DNA of 26,347 nucleotides, taken from the IMG/VR virus record IMGVR_UViG_3300027804_000199, positions 1-26,347 of that record; one strand, 5' to 3'. Source of the DNA: a virus. Lineage: Duplodnaviria; Caudoviricetes. Numbering within the stretch: position 1 is the stretch's first letter; every line of letters begins with the position of its first letter. Position numbers and translations under genes: made by a program. Below the pieces are notes generated by a model, which was given only the letters and a program-made list of their open reading frames with translations, made no database searches and had not been told where the DNA came from. Below, piece after piece: positions 23,203-26,347 of the stretch.

Positions 23203-24677
23203 CGCTTGCCGCTGGCCACCGCATCCAGCCGCATCACCCCGATGCGCCAATCAGCCAAAACAGCACCCGTCACCTTGACATTGACCTGCCGCGCCATAAA
23301 CCGGACATCCGTGGGGTTGGCGGCCGTGTATGGCCCAAAGGTGGACTGAGCGCCTGTCGGGTAATTGCGGGTCTTGAATGAAACCACCGCCTCGCCAAGA
23401 GTCTGCTCATCTGGGACAACCTGCCGCACCGACATGAGGTTGTCGCCGTTGCCAAGCTGCACTGGCCCAGACTCAGCAAAAACACTGGCGCTGTCATAGG
23501 CAAAGCCCACTTCGTGCTCGTAGATGTAGCCATCAGATGACACTAGCAGCGGGTTGGTGAACACACCCGCATCAGTGCCGGCGGTACGGGCCAATGAGCC
23601 TATGTTCCAGTGGTTTTCACGGTAGTTGTAGGTGACATAGCTGTCATTCTCATTGCTGCCGCTGCTTGGGTAGTACCACCAGATCTCGCCAAACTGGCTG
23701 TTGTGGACGGCGTAGACCTTGGACGCTTGGTTGTAGTTGATATTGTTAAAAACATAATCTGAGACTTCGCAAGGCAAGGGCTTGAGGTAGCCATCGTATA
23801 TCCAGAAGCCACTCTTAGCCATCCAGATGGCCGCCGTGTCAATGGCCGCCACAGCTTGAGCCGAGATCAGGCCGCAGCCAGATCCGGCCTTCTCAAAGCC
23901 ATAGACAAATGGTGCGCCGATATAGGTCGCCGTGTGTACATCCACATCTGTAAAGAGCAGGTTGACACCCTTGACGCGCTTGCCGGCAATCAATGTTCCA
24001 ACTGTAGCCAACTCAAAATCACCAGCCTGATTGGTGGCCGCAGGCGTCCAGACTGTATTGTCTTCTTGGTCACACCACTGCACCTTGCGGGGATTGCCAC
24101 CAGCGCCAAGGGCAAACAGGATTCGCTCGGCAGTGACCAAGAGAGCCTTGTTGCCCGTTGGAGCGTTGGTAATGGCCGCTGCTAAGGTCGGGGTTGTAAA
24201 GCCAAGCTGCCACTCGTACAGCTTGCCGTCAGCGCTTGAGCAGGCCACCAGATACTCGCCCCATGTGTCAAGTGACCATGTGGTGGCGGGGATCAGCCCG
24301 CCAAGATCAGGTCGGGCCACACCATAAGCGTATGAGCCATAAGTGCCGTAGCCGTAGCCAGTTTTGATCGTGGCATCGGCAATGCCGGCAGTGATGCCGG
24401 TTGGTGTGATTTCCTTGAGTGTCCCCGCCTCGTTCATGGCGTAGAGTTTGGATTGAGTGCCGGCGGCAATAAATCGCTCTCCGCTGTTGTTGCGCCAAGT
24501 GATGAAACCCCTGCACAAACCCGTCATCTGGCTTGCCGAGCGCTTCCTCCAGCCGCCAATAGGCCGCAAGGTGTTCTCGTACCAGCGCACCAGATTCGCG
24601 TCATACCAGCGGCCTGCTGCTTGGTACTCTGTGCCGTTTCTGTAGATGCCTGGTGGTAGTTTTAGTGGGATGTACAT
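23199..24677 (-). CDS. Tail hub / packaged-DNA stabilisation protein (P22 gp10-like)
   Basis: 492-aa beta-rich protein; LKLPPG, W.DANLVRW, CGLIS, EIWWYYPS, YNYRE.HW motifs. Confidence 0.75.
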   Translation of the reverse strand: MYIPLKLPPGIYRNGTEYQAAGRWYDANLVRWYENTLRPIGGWRKRSASQMTGLCRGFITWRNNSGERFIAAGTQSKLYAMNEAGTLKEITPTGITAGIADATIKTGYGYGTYGSYAYGVARPDLGGLIPATTWSLDTWGEYLVACSSADGKLYEWQLGFTTPTLAAAITNAPTGNKALLVTAERILFALGAGGNPRKVQWCDQEDNTVWTPAATNQAGDFELATVGTLIAGKRVKGVNLLFTDVDVHTATYIGAPFVYGFEKAGSGCGLISAQAVAAIDTAAIWMAKSGFWIYDGYLKPLPCEVSDYVFNNINYNQASKVYAVHNSQFGEIWWYYPSSGSNENDSYVTYNYRENHWNIGSLARTAGTDAGVFTNPLLVSSDGYIYEHEVGFAYDSASVFAESGPVQLGNGDNLMSVRQVVPDEQTLGEAVVSFKTRNYPTGAQSTFGPYTAANPTDVRFMARQVNVKVTGAVLADWRIGVMRLDAVASGKR

Positions 24678-24679
24678 GG

Positions 24680-25336
24680 CTATATTGTCGGTAGGTTGGA
24701 CACAAAGCTCATCGTGACGATGGCCGATGGCACTGCTGGTCGGGTTGGGCTGGCGCTGGCAGCGTACTGCTCAATTTGAACACCGATGTCGGTTGGCCTC
24801 CACATGATCTCCACATAATCAGTCGCATTCAAGCTCACAAAGTAATTTATGGCCGCAATGATGTGGAACGGGTCGCCAGCACCTTTTCTAGGTGCAAAGC
24901 CAAATCTACTATTTGAATTGGCCACATTTGTACCATTGACCCGAAACCAGACATCCACATCCTGAGACGAATTTGTCGTATTTGTAAACTGAATGGAAAA
25001 TTGCAAGTTCCAGATTCCGCTGTCGGCCACTGTGATTCGACTGTTGCTGGCTATTGTCACGCCATTGCTAAAGTCTGTCGTGTTGAATGTGACGGCATAG
25101 GCCGTGGTGGTGTTGGCCGCCGTCTGGTCGGTTGAGTCCTGAAACGCCCCGTGCGGATTGTTCATAAACTTGCCGCCCCTTGGCCCAAACAGTGAGCCAA
25201 GGACGGAAGTCAGTTTTCTGGAAAAAATGTTCAGTGCGCCGTTGTTCTCGTTCAAGTTCCGGCGGTCATACACCTCTGATGGATAACCCAGACTCGGTAG
25301 TGAAGGCGTCTCTAATTGTTGCTTGACATTGGCCAT
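24680..25336 (-). CDS. Tail-associated protein with a beta-sandwich (C1q-like) C-terminal domain
   Basis: GAFQDSTDQTA, GIWNLQFSIQ, VWFRVNG, DYVEIMW. Confidence 0.6.
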   Translation of the reverse strand: MANVKQQLETPSLPSLGYPSEVYDRRNLNENNGALNIFSRKLTSVLGSLFGPRGGKFMNNPHGAFQDSTDQTAANTTTAYAVTFNTTDFSNGVTIASNSRITVADSGIWNLQFSIQFTNTTNSSQDVDVWFRVNGTNVANSNSRFGFAPRKGAGDPFHIIAAINYFVSLNATDYVEIMWRPTDIGVQIEQYAASASPTRPAVPSAIVTMSFVSNLPTI

Positions 25337-25353
25337 GAGGTGATTATTTCACC

Positions 25354-25860
25354 TTATGCCATGTCTGCGCCTACTTTGCCAACTTCGGCAACCCTGCGAC
25401 TCCAGCCCTTGCCAAAGGTCGGCCAGTGCGGCAAGTCCATCAGGAATGACAGTCTGCGCTTGCCATAATCGTCAACCAGATCGCCCTCAAATGCCGCCAC
25501 GGCCTGCAAAGTCTTTGGGCCGATGCCGCCGTCAGGATCAACCCCCACGCACGCTTGCAGCCACTTGGCAGCCCGACCTGGGCCACTGTTTACCGCCGCA
25601 TCGAACACCACATAGTCCACGCCAGCCGGCAGGTCATCGCCCTTGACCTTGTCCCAATACTTGGACTTGTACATCGGGCCGACAGTCTCAGGGGTCAGGC
25701 CGCGCATGGTTTTTTCATCCACCTCATGCCCGACCCACTCCTCCCAGACCTTCTTGGTCACGCCGAGGTTGGTCATGCCGCCTGGATCAGACGGATGGTT
25801 TACAAAGCCGCCTTCATGGTGCAGCACTGCGGCCAGTGCGGAGTCAAAGTTTTCTTTCAT
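25354..25860 (-). CDS. Endolysin, glycoside hydrolase family 108 with peptidoglycan-binding C-terminus
   Basis: HEGGFVNHPSDPGGMTNLGVT, FDAAVNSG, DGGIGPKT, FGKGWSRR. Confidence 0.93.
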   Translation of the reverse strand: MKENFDSALAAVLHHEGGFVNHPSDPGGMTNLGVTKKVWEEWVGHEVDEKTMRGLTPETVGPMYKSKYWDKVKGDDLPAGVDYVVFDAAVNSGPGRAAKWLQACVGVDPDGGIGPKTLQAVAAFEGDLVDDYGKRRLSFLMDLPHWPTFGKGWSRRVAEVGKVGADMA

Positions 25861-26270
25861 TTTTTACCCATCTTCATGTCAGCAAGTTTTTCAACAGTGC
25901 GGCCACCAAAGTAGGCCAAGAAAATGATCTGGCCCCACTGCCCCAACAACTGGACATAAGACTCTTGCGCGTTGTAGCCAAAGGCAGACATCATGGTGAA
26001 CAGAAAGAAGGCAATGAAAATTGCAATCAGCGCCATCGGCCTGATGTTCTTTGAAAGCCAAGAGTCTGATGCCATGTCGGCAGTCCAGCGGTCAGTGGTG
26101 TTTTGCTGCTCCACCTCAAACAGCTTGGTGTCGTTGGCCATCTTGGCCAACTCGCCGTCTTGCTGCATCTTGATCAGTTCAGCTTGCGCTCTGGCCTTGG
26201 CCTCTGGATCTGGGATAAGTTTGTCAATCAGCTTGCCGCCGACTTCTAAAAGTGCTGTAAGGGGAAACAT
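25857..26270 (-). CDS. Holin (GTA 3TM holin-like)
   Basis: LIDKLIPDP, SDSWLSKNIRP, two clear TM segments, AYFGGRTVEK; adjacent to the endolysin. Confidence 0.8.
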   Translation of the reverse strand: MFPLTALLEVGGKLIDKLIPDPEAKARAQAELIKMQQDGELAKMANDTKLFEVEQQNTTDRWTADMASDSWLSKNIRPMALIAIFIAFFLFTMMSAFGYNAQESYVQLLGQWGQIIFLAYFGGRTVEKLADMKMGKK

Positions 26271-26281
26271 ATTTGACCTTC

Positions 26282-26347
26282 CTAGAAGGGGAGTTTAGAA
26301 GCTAAAAAATTGACAATCTTTTTGGAGTCATTGACAGGCAAGATGTA
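26282..26347 (-). CDS. C-terminal end of an upstream gene (partial)
   Basis: Open frame YILPVNDSKKIVNFLASKLPF with TAG at 26282-26284. Confidence 0.4.
   Translation of the reverse strand, partial: YILPVNDSKKIVNFLASKLPF

Noticed and set aside
17499-26298. Numerous plus-strand ORFs opposite structural and lysis genes
   Set aside because: Antisense shadows of long minus-strand genes with no motifs or coupling.

Overview
Partial genome of a tailed dsDNA bacteriophage with a P22-like podovirus gene set. The small-gene families suggest an aquatic betaproteobacterial host, which is an inference. Most genes are on the minus strand and many are coupled by ATGA overlaps. Read right to left: holin and GH108 endolysin; tail/stabilisation and putative ejection proteins; a small divergent regulatory block (wHTH, Cro-like repressor, T7 gp2.5-like SSB); HNH endonuclease; SNF2-like helicase; DUF2800/Cas4-like nuclease; C5 DNA methyltransferase with a nested out-of-frame gene; primase-helicase; a DnaA-box/iteron origin-like region; VRR-NUC; terS; then a small serine recombinase heading a 3.2-kb array of 12 small genes that separates terS from terL; small basic proteins; a glycosyltransferase; a SAM methyltransferase; and the start of the probable portal. 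Main unannotated signals: (i) an ~86-nt counter-transcribed RNA plus a 9-codon leader ORF on the primase-helicase which, with the DnaA boxes, iterons, a resolvase and no polymerase, suggests plasmid-like replication control; (ii) small genes flanked by direct repeats centred on their start codons, including a duplicated 45-aa gene; (iii) a methyltransferase with six TL-motif modules and an EcoHK31I-beta-like overlapping ORF; (iv) several structured RNAs whose 5' ends coincide with predicted transcription starts. All family assignments come from motif recognition by eye; no searches were run.
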